Under the pieces are notes generated by a model. The model saw only the letters and a program-made list of their open reading frames with translations. It did not search any database and had not been told where the DNA came from. DNA of 62,998 nt, counting the filler, from Circinaria calcarea (taxonomy: Eukaryota): NCBI GenBank assembly GCA_051942165.1. It is 35 parts of 35 records of this genome, joined end to end, with 100 filler letters (N's around TTAATTAATTAA, not from the genome) between each part and the next. Parts side by side here need not be neighbours in the genome. Positions count along the whole stretch, not along the records: positions 37,975 to 39,672 come from JAVECS010004325.1; positions 39,773 to 41,470 come from JAVECS010004326.1; positions 41,571 to 43,268 come from JAVECS010004327.1; positions 43,369 to 45,065 come from JAVECS010004328.1; positions 45,166 to 46,862 come from JAVECS010004329.1; positions 46,963 to 48,658 come from JAVECS010004330.1; positions 48,759 to 50,452 come from JAVECS010004331.1; 28 more parts are not named here. One strand, 5' to 3'. Positions within the stretch are counted from its first letter, which is position 1, and each line of letters starts with the position of its first letter. Of this stretch, positions 37,875-50,452 are shown piece by piece. The translations under genes and the position numbers were made by a program.

Positions 37875-38947
37875 NNNNNNNNNNNNNNNNNNNNNNNNNN
37901 NNNNNNNNNNNNNNNNNNTTAATTAATTAANNNNNNNNNNNNNNNNNNNNNNNNNNNNNNNNNNNNNNNNNNNNCGAGGCCTACGCACCATTCTATCCTC
38001 TTGAGAGTGACAAGGTGGAGAGCACTACTGCTGGAGCGGTGCTCTATTAACCTTGGTCTTTTGTCTGCGTAGAGAGTAGCGAAAATTCGAGGCTGATGGA
38101 GGGAATATTGGACAACATGACTGGAGCCCATTACTTAATTACTAGTGATGTCGATATAGTTCACTATCTCGTTATGGCGGATACCAACCATCATTCCTTG
38201 ACACTGGGCATGTAAATCTGCACGGTGCATGTTCACTGTTTATGTTCATGGAGTTCCTTTTAGATAAAGCCGGTCGTAAATGAGAGATTGCTGCCTACCC
38301 GGCACGCCCTCGATTGGAGGCGAACCGAGTACTATGATTGGATAACCTGAAATAGCGAGCCGATTCAAATGTCCAAAACGCGTCATGGGCGAAGTCGAGC
38401 GACATGCTAGGTACTTCTCTCCCCCACTCCTTGGATGCGGCATCTGAACGTGGCGAGGATACGTACGTCGTCCTACATGTTCAATGTCAATGGAATTGAA
38501 TGATCAAGAGAACACTATCGTCGTTAGAGTCAAAAGGCCCTCTTGTCCGGAACCAGCACGAAATCTCGTTGTGATTGATCCTTCCCATCGGCTCTGGCTC
38601 CCAACGCGACATTAATCCGAAGCCTTCTGCTTGACCACCATGTTGGTTTGATCCTTTGTTCCAAAACAACCGAGTACTCCTTCACCTATCACTGTATGTC
38701 CTTGGGGCTTGTTGTCTAGTCTAGCTTATTAGATTTGATTCATTGCTTCATTAGCCCTACGAATCTTTGTTGTCAACGTGTTGTACGCCTAATTGCTTGA
38801 TCCAGTATATGTGAATGATTGATGACTCGGTGTGCAGAAGATTGATCCACTGTCTTTCTCATCCCCGCTTGCTCTGGACACCACTCACAAAACGCAGGAG
38901 TATCGAATAACGAATTATCCAGCAGTTGTGGCGCTGGAGATACCAAT

Positions 38948-39672
38948 ATGACCAGCAACAAACCCGTCGAAGGGGTTGACTGGACTGGGAATGAGCAGTT
39001 GCCTCCTGAAGTAATCGCTCAAGCAGAGGCGGTGGCGTCTTCTTCTTCGGACATGGTTGACGAACCTTCATTTAATGGACCTTCGAATGAATCAACCTCA
39101 ATGACCAAAACAGACGGTTCATCCAAACAGAGACCATCCCAAGGACCGATTAGACCCACAGATACGTACGTGCCCCATCTCTCCTCGGAATCTCCACCCA
39201 ATCTAATTGTCACCTTAGTAGTAAGACTGCTCCGGGCACAGCCGCTTGGGCCTCGAGCTCAAGGAGGCGTGCTGGTTTCGCAGAAGAGGTACCTATCGAA
39301 GATTTTCCCCCACCGGTGTACAGCCAGACCTACGGCAAGGTGGATTTAAGTCAGGACGGTTTAAATACACGAGCCTACGTTGCAAGTATGCATTGCTGAA
39401 GAGCCACACCCAAGATAAGTGTAGTCTAACGGGTACTAGGCGACGGCCGTCTAAACATCAACATCGACCAGAAGTCCCGGAGGTTGTCCAACCTTCTTGT
39501 ACCCGCCCTAAGAAGTCAACTAAATTTACAATACGCTGGCGAGCCACCTGCCTTACCTCCAGGTTATCTTCCATCCTCTCTAGGTGGACTACCGGGCCAG
39601 ACACCTCCTCCTCCACTCAACGTCGTTATCCACGTCGTCGGTTCACGTGGTGACATACAACCATTCATATCG
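38948..39672 (+). CDS. UDP-glucose:sterol glucosyltransferase-like (GT1 / Glyco_transf_28), N-terminus
   Basis: Introns 39166-39218 and 39386-39439. DGRLNINIDQKSRRLS...PPPLNVVIHVVGSRGDIQPFI. Confidence 0.88.
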
Positions 39673-39772
39673 NNNNNNNNNNNNNNNNNNNNNNNNNNNN
39701 NNNNNNNNNNNNNNNNTTAATTAATTAANNNNNNNNNNNNNNNNNNNNNNNNNNNNNNNNNNNNNNNNNNNN

Positions 39773-41470
39773 TACCAAAATTTCGCGCTGGGGTGCCGTG
39801 ATCGACGATCACGCCCGTTTTCCCATCAGGGGTAGTAGCGGATCCTGGCTTTAGGGTTCGTGAGAGACGCTTAAAGATGGATTCGCCTGCTGCCTCGACA
39901 CTACCCCATCTTGCTCCCTTCTCGCACTTCATCCTCACGAGATCTAAACATGCGCGGGCATCTTCAACACTGTCATGACCCATAGTCCCATGGCCTTTCT
40001 GGATCTCGCGGTTGAGATACTTTTGGGCTAGCCATTTCAACGATGATTTAAGAGGAGGGCCTCGAGGGTGCTGGTATATGATCGAGGTATCAATAATGAA
40101 AGGGTGGGTGATCTTTAGTGCTGTAAGGTCGGAATTCAGAGAATGACCGAGTAAAATAGTCTCAGCGCCTAGAAGATCAAGTAGGCGAGACTGGATATCA
40201 GATAGACTTGTCGTGACTGGCTCTAGTTTCTTCGCGGTAATGCCGGAATATCTAACATTATGTTAGCAATGCTCGTACCGACCGTTGAGAGATGGGCTCA
40301 CGGTGTTAAATAGTCGATTATCGGCACGTCTGGCTTCACTAGTTCATCCATGACTACGCTGCCATCCCAACCCACAATACTGATCCGAGTAAGAGCCATA
40401 CCACCACCTTCAACCTTGCACATCTCACAGTCCATTGCCAAAACGGTACGACCGGCGGTAAGGCTACCGCTTTCAATGTCGTTTTTGGAAATGTCGCCAT
40501 CTTCGAGTTTCTCAACACGAGTCTGTTTCCATCCATGATCCTCCGTTTCTTTGGCTTCTCTCCTCCTGGAAAGTTCGCGGTCTCGTTCCGCCTGAGTTGC
40601 AAAACAGGCTAGATGAAGAGTATACTCGTTCTCCTGCAGATCCTCGTTTGATGTGATAAAAGTAGTTATCGGTGTACGTTTATTCTCCCAGAACTTACCT
40701 TCTGCAGCGGACTTCGCCCCTTTGATCTGCTTTTCCGCCTTCTTCTCTTCCTGGGACTTGGGAATTGCTGCACTGAGCATGGCATGCAATGGAGAGTGGA
40801 CTTTGCAATACTTGTCATCACCTGGCGCTTTGACCGGCCAGACATGTTCAAAGACATCTGCTAGTGGCTTAAGAGGAACGGATAGCTTATCGGTTGATAG
40901 TTTTTCAGGCAGATACTCATCTGGAGATCTTGCATCGCCACCGTATGGGTAAGTACCTTGCTTAGTTTCTTTGCTGACAGCATCGATTCTCTCTGGAGAC
41001 TGAGGATTTGCCAGAGATGATACCACCGGCGTCCCATCGACCTCAGCGGTCAATGGAGGTTCGGCCAGCTTAATTCGACCGTTGAACATATCCTTTTCCA
41101 GCCCTGGCACAAACAAGACCACAGCTTTTTTGACCTGACCGTGATGCCTGACAGATATCCATTGGGGACTTGTTCCATCAGCCAAGCAATACAACACAAG
41201 ACTCTGAAGGTCATTAATCTTTAGGCTTGATTGAATTTTGTGGAATTCTGCGAATGTTAAGGCAGGACGATTGTCTTTCTTCTTTGAATGCTTCTTCGCC
41301 TGGGCCTGAGAAGATATATCATGGTCCCCATTCGCCCTTTTAGACTTCTTCGAACGTCTGTCTACGGTTACCCACTCCTCGGAGCTTGGGTTTTCGATAC
41401 TACCATCTCCCAGGTGAGATTCAGGATTTCGGATATGGGCAAGGGTCGATGCTATCCCAAAATTCTGATT
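39773..41470 (-). CDS. DEDDh 3'-5' RNA exonuclease (REX1/Rnh70 family), internal fragment
   Basis: LAMDCEMC, VKPD.PIIDYLT|.YSGIT, LLGHSLNSDL, IIDTS and GHDSVEDARAC. Intron 40252-40301. Confidence 0.93.
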
Positions 41471-42611
41471 NNNNNNNNNNNNNNNNNNNNNNNNNNNNNN
41501 NNNNNNNNNNNNNNTTAATTAATTAANNNNNNNNNNNNNNNNNNNNNNNNNNNNNNNNNNNNNNNNNNNNGTGGCGTCCGTCATGAAAATAGACAGCTGG
41601 AAGGTCTCGCCATGTTAGTTGTTACCAACTCATGCTTTTTCGAAGCCAAAGACAGGGGCTCAGGGTACTATACCAGACTGAGCCACACCGCCGACAACCC
41701 AGTTCAAGGCCTACGAGTTTTTATTAAGTCGAACTGTATAATCTTAACTGATTTAAGGGTTATCATACCCAGCCAAAGATTATGAAGTCGTCCGGCGCCG
41801 GTCTTGTGTCATTCCAGTTCCTAGCCACAAAACGACAGACGACGGCGATGGTGGCTAAGGCTGCTAATGGGATGGCGGGCCTTGCTAGCTTGGGGCCCTT
41901 TCTTAGCACTTAGATCCATCTTTTGGTAAGTATGAGCTCGGAATATCTGCTTGATTGAAATATTCAAAAAGAGGGGGTTCGTGAATGTAGACAGGATACT
42001 ATTCAAATGCTAGGATCAGGTGTGCGAAACAATTATAATTATGGTAGCAGGAAAGTACTCCATAAGACGGCCTGATTTTGCAAGCCACACATCGCATAGC
42101 AGTGTCAGCTCATGCACGACTATTGTCTATCCTGGCATTCTAGTCTGCTTTTCGAATCGAAAGTAGGTGAGGTCACAATCCAAACTAGCTGATATTCCAC
42201 TATACAGCTGACTTATCTATATTGAGATAGGACGAGTGAAGAGCATCGAAGGTACAATATGCATCCTGCGCCTTGACGATAGTCCTCACCTTAGCAAAAA
42301 AGAAATGAATTACTTTCCGGTTAAAGTCGTGAGCATTATTTTAGCTCCGAAAGTTAAGAATAGTCTTCTCTAGTGATATAATATCGCTAAAGTCTTAGAG
42401 ATGTTTTGTAGATTAAGTGGGTATCTGCAGGATAAAAAGTATAAGGGAAATGGCGGCCAATGTTAATTTAATTCTAAATATGGGAATACGTGTGGAAAAG
42501 GATGGCTCATAGAAAGGGAGATTGCAGGACGGCGTGGAATAACGAAGTTGCTAAGTGTAGGAAGGTCTTCCCCTACCTCCGTATCCAAAAAAGAAAGCTT
42601 TAGGCCAGTCA

Positions 42612-43268
42612 TTAAATCTTTTCCACATCATCCACAATAATACCACTTTGGCTGATCCGAAATGAAAATCCTCCATGGTTCTTCAACCCCCCCAGCCTTT
42701 CCGAAACAGTATCGTCCCAGTCCTCGCTCCCCCAATGATTAACCCAGCATGAAAAGCCGCTCTTCTCTACAGATTCCTGTCTTTGGTTCTCTTCCTGCAT
42801 CGCCTCCTCCGCACTCATTCCCGAACCGAACTGACCTACACGAGCTTTTTCTATTATAAGCTTCAAGCCACAAAAATTGTTCCACACGGCTGGGAGATGC
42901 GGGCGTAAAGAGGGTCCGTTCGCCGAATGATGGAGGGGGGATAGTCCCCAGTTACCTGCGATGATGGTGCAGCCGAATGCCGATTGAAGAAAGCGGAGCA
43001 TGGAAACTAGGTGGATGTAACGTTGGATGAAGGTACTACCCCCGAGTTGCGCTGATGTCCCTGCTGCTGTGGTTTCCGACTCGGAGTCTATACGGTCTTG
43101 ACTGAGAAAAGCGCTGAAATTGGAAATGACTATCAGGCTGAGGGGTCGAGAAGCAGAGTGGTGGAGGGTGGGGTTCAAGAGGTAGGACGAAAGAGAGTTT
43201 AGGGTGGATATGAACGAGGGCGTAGAGCTTGGGCGGAAAATATGGAGATGCTGGAGGGCGGCTGAAGC
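42612..43268 (-). CDS. Rad51-paralog (XRCC2-like) protein, C-terminal part
   Basis: ALQHLHIFRPSS...LSSYLL...HHSASRPLSLIVISNFSAFLSQDR...LR.LQ..FGCTII...SLRPHLPAVW. Confidence 0.65.
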   Translation of the reverse strand, partial: ASAALQHLHIFRPSSTPSFISTLNSLSSYLLNPTLHHSASRPLSLIVISNFSAFLSQDRIDSESETTAAGTSAQLGGSTFIQRYIHLVSMLRFLQSAFGCTIIAGNWGLSPLHHSANGPSLRPHLPAVWNNFCGLKLIIEKARVGQFGSGMSAEEAMQEENQRQESVEKSGFSCWVNHWGSEDWDDTVSERLGGLKNHGGFSFRISQSGIIVDDVEKI

Positions 43269-44428
43269 NNNNNNNNNNNNNNNNNNNNNNNNNNNNNNNN
43301 NNNNNNNNNNNNTTAATTAATTAANNNNNNNNNNNNNNNNNNNNNNNNNNNNNNNNNNNNNNNNNNNNTTGCACGTGGCTACTTATCATTTTGCATTTTC
43401 AGGACGGTGCTGAGGTGTTCAGTGGGGTGGGGTTGGGTTACCTGATGGGTTGGACAGTTGTGGTTGTACTCTTGCTTTGGCTCAGTCTGTCCCTTATCGC
43501 CCTTTATCACTGGTACCGTTGATGGTCCTCTGATCGCGTATACCTCTTGCATGGATTTCTAGCTTGCGATGACTGGCTTTGTTTTTTATTCTGTTTGATT
43601 TAGTGGCGTTGTTGGTATGTCGGGAGAAGGGATGGATCTCTGGGCTTTTTCTTGCTATTGTTGCTACGACACTGGCCCACAGTGCTTTGCTCCAAGACTG
43701 AATTGGCTATTTGTTCGAAAGATTTCGTCACAGCCATTTGGTTTTCTTTTACACTAGCCGAAATTTTTTCGCTTCACTTCGCTGTAATATTTTTAGGACT
43801 TTCGATACCAAATTTTTAAATATCCTCTAAACATATTGGAACTTGTGTTTTCGTCTTGATGCGCTACTTGACAACTCCCTTAAATCCCACTGGGGACGGG
43901 GGGCTTTGTAGAACCCCCATATACAGACAGTAGATATTCCCGTGACTCACTCGCTAGCTTATGTGTGTGTCTCTTGCCCCCTTGGCCCCAAAAACAATTC
44001 GTTTTTCACAAGAAATAAAAACACCCCCTAGATACCAGACCTGGTCGAACGATCAATGGTCTCCGTCTTTTCTTCCTACCTAATGGTCTGTCTCTATCTA
44101 TAATGTCTACCAGGGTTAGTAAGTAGGGAAGTAGCGATGAATGGATGGTTACAGTATCTTATAGACTGGAAGTTCTTCTCTCATCTCAGATTCATTCAGA
44201 TGGGATAGAAAGTCAAACATGCGCGAATTCGGAAAAACCCTTTTGGAACTGGAATGCACATGTTTTTTTTCGTTTTTGTTTGTTTTTGACTACCTTTGGG
44301 TAAGTATCTTACGTGCGTGCGGTATATCCAAGACGCCCGTTTCCGTGCCCCATATCCAAAACCCCATACCCAATACCCAGTATCCAATCAATACCTGAAA
44401 ACCCAATACCCAAAAACCCTCTAAATAC

Positions 44429-45064
44429 CTAACAGATCCGATGTTCTGGCGGTCTCCACGGCACGCCCAAGATTTCAAAAATCCTCTTCTCGCTCTTCCC
44501 CTCCACCAACGTCCCCTCCGTAACCTTTGTCCTCCCGGGTCCCCTCATCACATCCCTCCACAACCCCCTCTGATTCAATCTCATACCCTTTTTACTCGCC
44601 AGCAACCTGATACTTCTGTTGAAGATGTCATTGCCGGTGAAGTAAATGAGTGCGGCGCCCATTTCCTCGTACGGCACGAGGAGGAAATCAACGCGGCGCC
44701 AGATGTGGCGAGGATTCGAGGAGGCAATAGAAGCGGCGCCGTGCCATTTGGTGCCGGTGGTGGGAGACGTGGTGGCGAGGGCGCATTTGAGGTAGTTGAG
44801 GATATAGAGGCGAGGGATAATAGATTCGAGGAGGAGGGTGCGGAGGGTTTCGATGGGGAGGTTGGGCGCCGTGAGGAGGTAATCGACGTCGCCGGAGTCA
44901 GGGGCGCCACGGCGGAATGAGCCGCCTATGGTGACTTCGATGGTTGGATCAACGCTTGCTATGACCTTGCGAACGAGTATACCGTGTCGCTCAACCTCTG
45001 CACGCGGAATGCGGGTGTTGAAATCGTTGTAGTGGTCTATCCCTATCCGTTGGTTTTTGGTCAG
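44429..45064 (-). CDS. DNA polymerase X family (Pol lambda/Pol4), C-terminal part
   Basis: RIPRAEV, GGSFRRGAPDSGDVD (catalytic DxD), WRRVDFLLVP, AALIYFTGNDIFNRSIR, LNQRGL and WRPPEHR. Confidence 0.95.
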   Translation of the reverse strand: MTKNQRIGIDHYNDFNTRIPRAEVERHGILVRKVIASVDPTIEVTIGGSFRRGAPDSGDVDYLLTAPNLPIETLRTLLLESIIPRLYILNYLKCALATTSPTTGTKWHGAASIASSNPRHIWRRVDFLLVPYEEMGAALIYFTGNDIFNRSIRLLASKKGMRLNQRGLWRDVMRGPGRTKVTEGTLVEGKSEKRIFEILGVPWRPPEHRIC

Positions 45065-45165
45065 GNNNNNNNNNNNNNNNNNNNNNNNNNNNNNNNNNNN
45101 NNNNNNNNNTTAATTAATTAANNNNNNNNNNNNNNNNNNNNNNNNNNNNNNNNNNNNNNNNNNNN

Positions 45166-45411
45166 ATTGTACACGCTTATCGAGCCATCTTCTTTACCCA
45201 TGAAGATGTCATCTTCGCTGATGGCTACTGTCCAAATAATCTCCGTTGGTTCGGTGAAGGTACGCTGTATGCCCTCGCCGTTGAGCACATGGACTGATTT
45301 ATTGTCCAGAGCGACGGCTGTGTACGTCTGACTGACGCAAAAGGCTGTCTGGCAGGCTTGTCGGTCGCAGAGGACGTGTGTCGAAAGGAGTCTCAAATTG
45401 GTGTCAGCCAT
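45166..45411 (-). CDS. WD40-repeat protein, N-terminus
   Basis: TAVALDNKSVHVL...IWTVAISEDDIFMGKEDGSISVYN, a divergent WD-blade pattern. Confidence 0.5.
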
Positions 45412-46962
45412 GTTCGGGAGGCGTTGGGAAGGTGGGTTTGTAGATGTAGCCACTATTAATCAGGGGCCTGTGCGGAACTTGCTGCTATATGCTTTTGGCT
45501 TCGAATATAGCTATGAATGTCGAAGGCTTCTGTGCCCACAAACTTGCCAATAGTACCAGACAGAAATAGGTCCATAAAATGCAGGGGAGTATAGAGCTGT
45601 TCGAGTACACAATAGCATAGGATCTCAAACCCTGTGCGCACCCAGGTCGCAAGGGGCTGTGTACGTCAAAACTACTTTGTCTTTTTTTCCTCATACGAAT
45701 ACCAAAAGGAGTGTTAAAACATACGAGGTGATGGAAGTGGCGCTCGTAGAATTAAACGGAAGGCATGGAATCCTTCCGGAGGATTTTAGCGGTAAAGGGT
45801 GGCGCATGTTGGTTACCAACGAATATCTTAGGATATTATGTGCTAGGTTTCGACAGGCAACAGGCGCCGGAGAATTTATTAAAGTTTGGAATTAAACCTT
45901 GGTCTAGTTGTATTAAATTTCAAACTATTCAAGGATTCTGAAACAGACATACTTGGGCGGTACGGGGGCTGGTTGAAAAGGAATCTCGGGGGGGAATAAA
46001 TTCCGTATACCGCGCGGTAGAGTTACACGAAAGAAGTTTTTGAAGTCTACGTTACCATAGAGTGAGACTTGCGAGGTTTGCGATCTGGTACTGGGGAGGA
46101 GTAGACGGGTTTGATACCTTCGGATATTAAGTCAGCAGATATGTGATTGTATTCAGATTTGACTCCTACCTGACGTGCAAGGATTCTCGGTTCTTCATGG
46201 GTGATTGAAGAAACTGTTTCATGCTCGGATCATCTCGGTGATCCTGTAGATGATCCTGCCGAATCCAGGAGGGAGGCTGTTCAGTATGAGAGCCGCTAAT
46301 CCTGGCAACCCCTTTAGCCGTCGTTAAAGCAAGGAGTGAAAAACAGGCTGGCATAATCTAACCTACTTGAGCTATAGTTGATGGCATACATCACTGCTTG
46401 ATTGATGATCGCAGAGGCAGTAGAAATCATTGCTCCATGCTCCCCCCTGACAGCCACCAACTTTTGCCGTATAGGATTCGAACTCATAAACCACTATTTC
46501 TCAACTATAGACCTGTCTCATTTTGTAACGTAGAAGGAATATGTGGGCGGGGCACCGCCGCAGTACTATCATCCCGGGGAGATATCTGAAGGTAGTTCTT
46601 ACCAGAAGGCTCGTTGCACCGCCAAATGGGAAGACTCGAACTCCCAACTTCTTGACCCTACCTGTTGGAATCGACCTTTCCTCCTTTTCAACCAATCTGC
46701 CGCTTCAAAACCAACTTAGCTCTCGTCAATGCCGCTGCCACCAACAATCGCTTCGAGTCTTGAGAGCCGAAGATCCAACATTGTACTGATTACAGGCATC
46801 AGTCAAGGAGAGAACCGTAATTATGTAGATGTAAGCCTGTTGGCCTTGCAAAAACAACATTCNNNNNNNNNNNNNNNNNNNNNNNNNNNNNNNNNNNNNN
46901 NNNNNNTTAATTAATTAANNNNNNNNNNNNNNNNNNNNNNNNNNNNNNNNNNNNNNNNNNNN

Positions 46963-49900
46963 GGGGGTTTCCAAGCCCTTTTTTCGGAGTTTTTCCGACT
47001 GAAAAAGTCGGGGATGAAATGGTGATTTTACATTTTTATTCGTAGAATGTTCCGCCAATAGTTATTATATTTATTCCAAACCTCAAATAACACCATATAA
47101 ATCTTATTATATTCCAAGTTTAATCCCCATTAGTGTCCGCTGGTAGAATATGTACCAATCGAGATCGCTTATTATATAACTCGCAAGGAAAGTATCGCCA
47201 GTACCATAAAGCCACAAATCAGCTTGTTTTGTATTTTTAATTAATAGAATTTTCTAAAAGGCCCCCCCCCCAAAAAGGGTGGACGCTGTAACGTGGCGGC
47301 TTACGCCGATTATATCTCGAAATCCCGTCTCCTTTAATCGATCCGTCGTATATAAACGAAAGGAATACATTATGGTTATAAACGTCAGAAAAAGTCTTCA
47401 TAATTTGTATGCCGTATATTCGGTACGAAAGGCCCGTCAAATTTTCTACCGGTTTTTCATCAGGTTTTAGGCGGCTATTCGCCCATTTAATTCCTCGTTT
47501 ACCTTTACCCCATTTCTCTCCTTGTATAATCGAATTCAAGGATTACTCTATCATCACTGCAGGGTATATTTATCTCCCGTCCGTGGTTAAATACGAGAGG
47601 ATCCCGCAGGTATATCTGCCGTTTGGGAGCGGCTGCATCCTCAGGGTTATAAGACAAAGGTCGATCGAAGGCCCGGTCTGAGTCGGGATGCCTGTAAGGC
47701 CGTAGAATACTTTACTTGCAAAGTATCTAAAGCTAAGGTATGTGGTAATGTGAGGCACGAGTAATGCGATGGCTATACGCAGTATATGCGAGAACTAATC
47801 ATTACAGAGGAAGAAGTGTGCGAGTGAAAGGTTTTCACTATACGCCAAGACGCCAACTAAACGAGGTATCGCCACCCCCTAACCGTAGGGCCTGACAATG
47901 CCTTTGAAAGCATCTTGGATTTGGTGATAAAGCGTTTCGTTCGGCCCCCGGCCCCCGGGTCTCAGGGGGGTCGCCAATCTTTCCGGGGGGTGGTCGTCCG
48001 GTATATAATATGTAAATAATAAATTTTATTACTAGTAGCGAACAAGTCCTAATTACGCTTAATAATTATCTAAAATATTTAAATAAGATAGTATTTATTA
48101 ATAAACCCCACCAAAATTATACCGATTAATAGAAATTTATAAAACTATAAAGCCAGCGAGGGTATTCAGAAATAAAAATCACTGCGAAAGAAGAACGACA
48201 GCGTATAGAAAGAAAGACGGGGCGACTCGTAATTCGATATGATCGAATTGAATTAGGAAGAACGCGTTCCTAATATAAATCAGTCAATCAGTATAGAATA
48301 GAGGAATAAAAATCCATCATAATTATATATTTACAACAATTCAAAAGGCGCATTTTATTGCGTATTAATATATTGTTATGGCGCGACGCCATACCTTGGC
48401 AGACCGAGTGCCGGAACGGAGGAACCCGGGAGCCGAGTGCTCCCAGGTGCTCCCAGGACTTGGCAAGGAGCAGTGGGAGCACGTCATATCTTATGCTCCC
48501 GGTAGCTCTCAGTGATCCCAGGGAGCACTAGAATCACTGGGGAACGCTCTTAGTATATAGGCAGACTATTCGACGCTCTTTAAAATAGTATACTTATAAA
48601 ACCATAACGAGTTTAATATACTCCTTTTGTATTAAGCCTAGGGCAACAGTTCAACTACNNNNNNNNNNNNNNNNNNNNNNNNNNNNNNNNNNNNNNNNNN
48701 NNTTAATTAATTAANNNNNNNNNNNNNNNNNNNNNNNNNNNNNNNNNNNNNNNNNNNNGCTCTGTAATATGTACGAAGGTTCTATACTAATCACTTGGCA
48801 AGTAAGAAGTGACAATAGAAGTATATTGCTGCACTTGTAAGGTCTTGACCACACAGGTCAAATACTACGGAAAGGACTGTGATTATATAGATCCCTTGGG
48901 ACAGGGGTAGTACTTACGCTCCCACTGCTCCCACACGTTACACAGTGATCTCTGGGAGCATGCCAAGCCTTATGCTCCCTATGCTCCCATCCGTTACACA
49001 AGGATCCTCGGGAGCATAACTCAACATACGCCTTTCCCGGGTTTCTCAGGTCACGCCCTCTCTAGTGTCTTAACAGTTATCTGCGTGTTTATTAGCTGCG
49101 TTGTATGTGCGCTGTGAACCGATTAATTATATACTATAAATACCCGTGTTTGCTGTGTTGCTGGCCTTAGCCGAATTCTATAATTTTTACGATAGTCGAA
49201 TCGATTTAGAAACCCTCGATTCACGCCTTCGTGTATACCGATTTTAATAACTTTGCGGTATCTTTACCACCCCCCTGCTTATTATTAGCTCCCGTGTGAT
49301 TATTACCTAAGAAACAGCCTCTCGGCTTACACTCCTCCGCCCATTTCTACTCCTCCGCTCCGCCCCCTTTATATAGAAGTTCTGTTCCCTCGCACTAAAG
49401 ATATATGTTTCGCAGAGCGCTGGCGCCGGCGCCTCGCACGCTGCTATTTTTCTTCCTCCGCCCTTCGCCCTCTGCTAGAAGCCTTTTTTCCAGAAAACAC
49501 GTATGCTACTCGGCGGAGCCTATATATGGACGCCTTATTATTATATTTAGCGAGCACCGCAGGCGGGAGCTGACCTAGGCCTTATATTTCTTCCTTCCTT
49601 GTGTAATAACACGCCTTATAAGGATTTAGCGGCCTTCCGTTCTTGTGGCCCTCTAACCTCCGCGGCCCCGCATGGGTGGAGCAGGCCCATACTAGGTCGT
49701 GGGGTCTGAATTTCCTAGCAGCTATCTTTAAAATAATAAGCGCCGAGTCGTCGTACGTCTTACGTATTATATACGTTCTGCCATCCGAGGCCTGGTATAT
49801 AAATAGGAGTCTCCGCTCCCCTCCGGCGATTTATACGCGATTCTTCTTTAGCCGTCGCCTCCGAAGCTCGTAGTTTTAGCCGCCTTTTAATATCAGCCAC

Positions 49901-50452
49901 CTCTTTTTATAATATTTGAATCCCTTTTATCCTGCGTTCCGGTTGCGTCGCGGCAGTGCTTCGTGGGTCGGACGCGTGTTTCGAGGTTTTTCCTCCGTAC
50001 GCCTTCCAGGGGGCCTATAACGCACGTAGAACCCTTCTGTTCTCGATTAGTATAATAATATTCATGATTACTAATGATTAAGGGACTGACGCGTGGTTGA
50101 GTGAAAACTTCGTATGGCCTCTAAGGCACTTCTACGCCCGCTCCCCAGCTGCGCGACAGCATCGACGATTAGTAGGTGATTATTTAGCTTCCTCTCGCAC
50201 GCCCATAAGAGTACTGGTCCCCAGCACCACGTAGAGGTGGTCACCGCGCTGGAGATAATAAAATATAATATATAATAATTCGGTATTAATTTCTATAATT
50301 AATATTATTTTATTTATTTCGAAACGTTCCAGCTCGAAATTATTAAAAGATTTTAAATAATAAGTAATAGATTTTATAATAATATTAAATATATTTATAT
50401 TTTTAATCCCAGACGCTATTGGGTTTCCAGATAAAAAATAAAAAGTGGAAAG
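46963..50452. mobile_element. Two separate contigs (46963-48658 and 48759-50452) of decayed, RIP-like repeat DNA
   Basis: TpA-rich, CpA/TpG-poor tracts with no intact ORF. Both contigs carry clustered TGCTCCC/GGGAGCA motifs (48436-48530 and 48918-49017). Confidence 0.55.
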
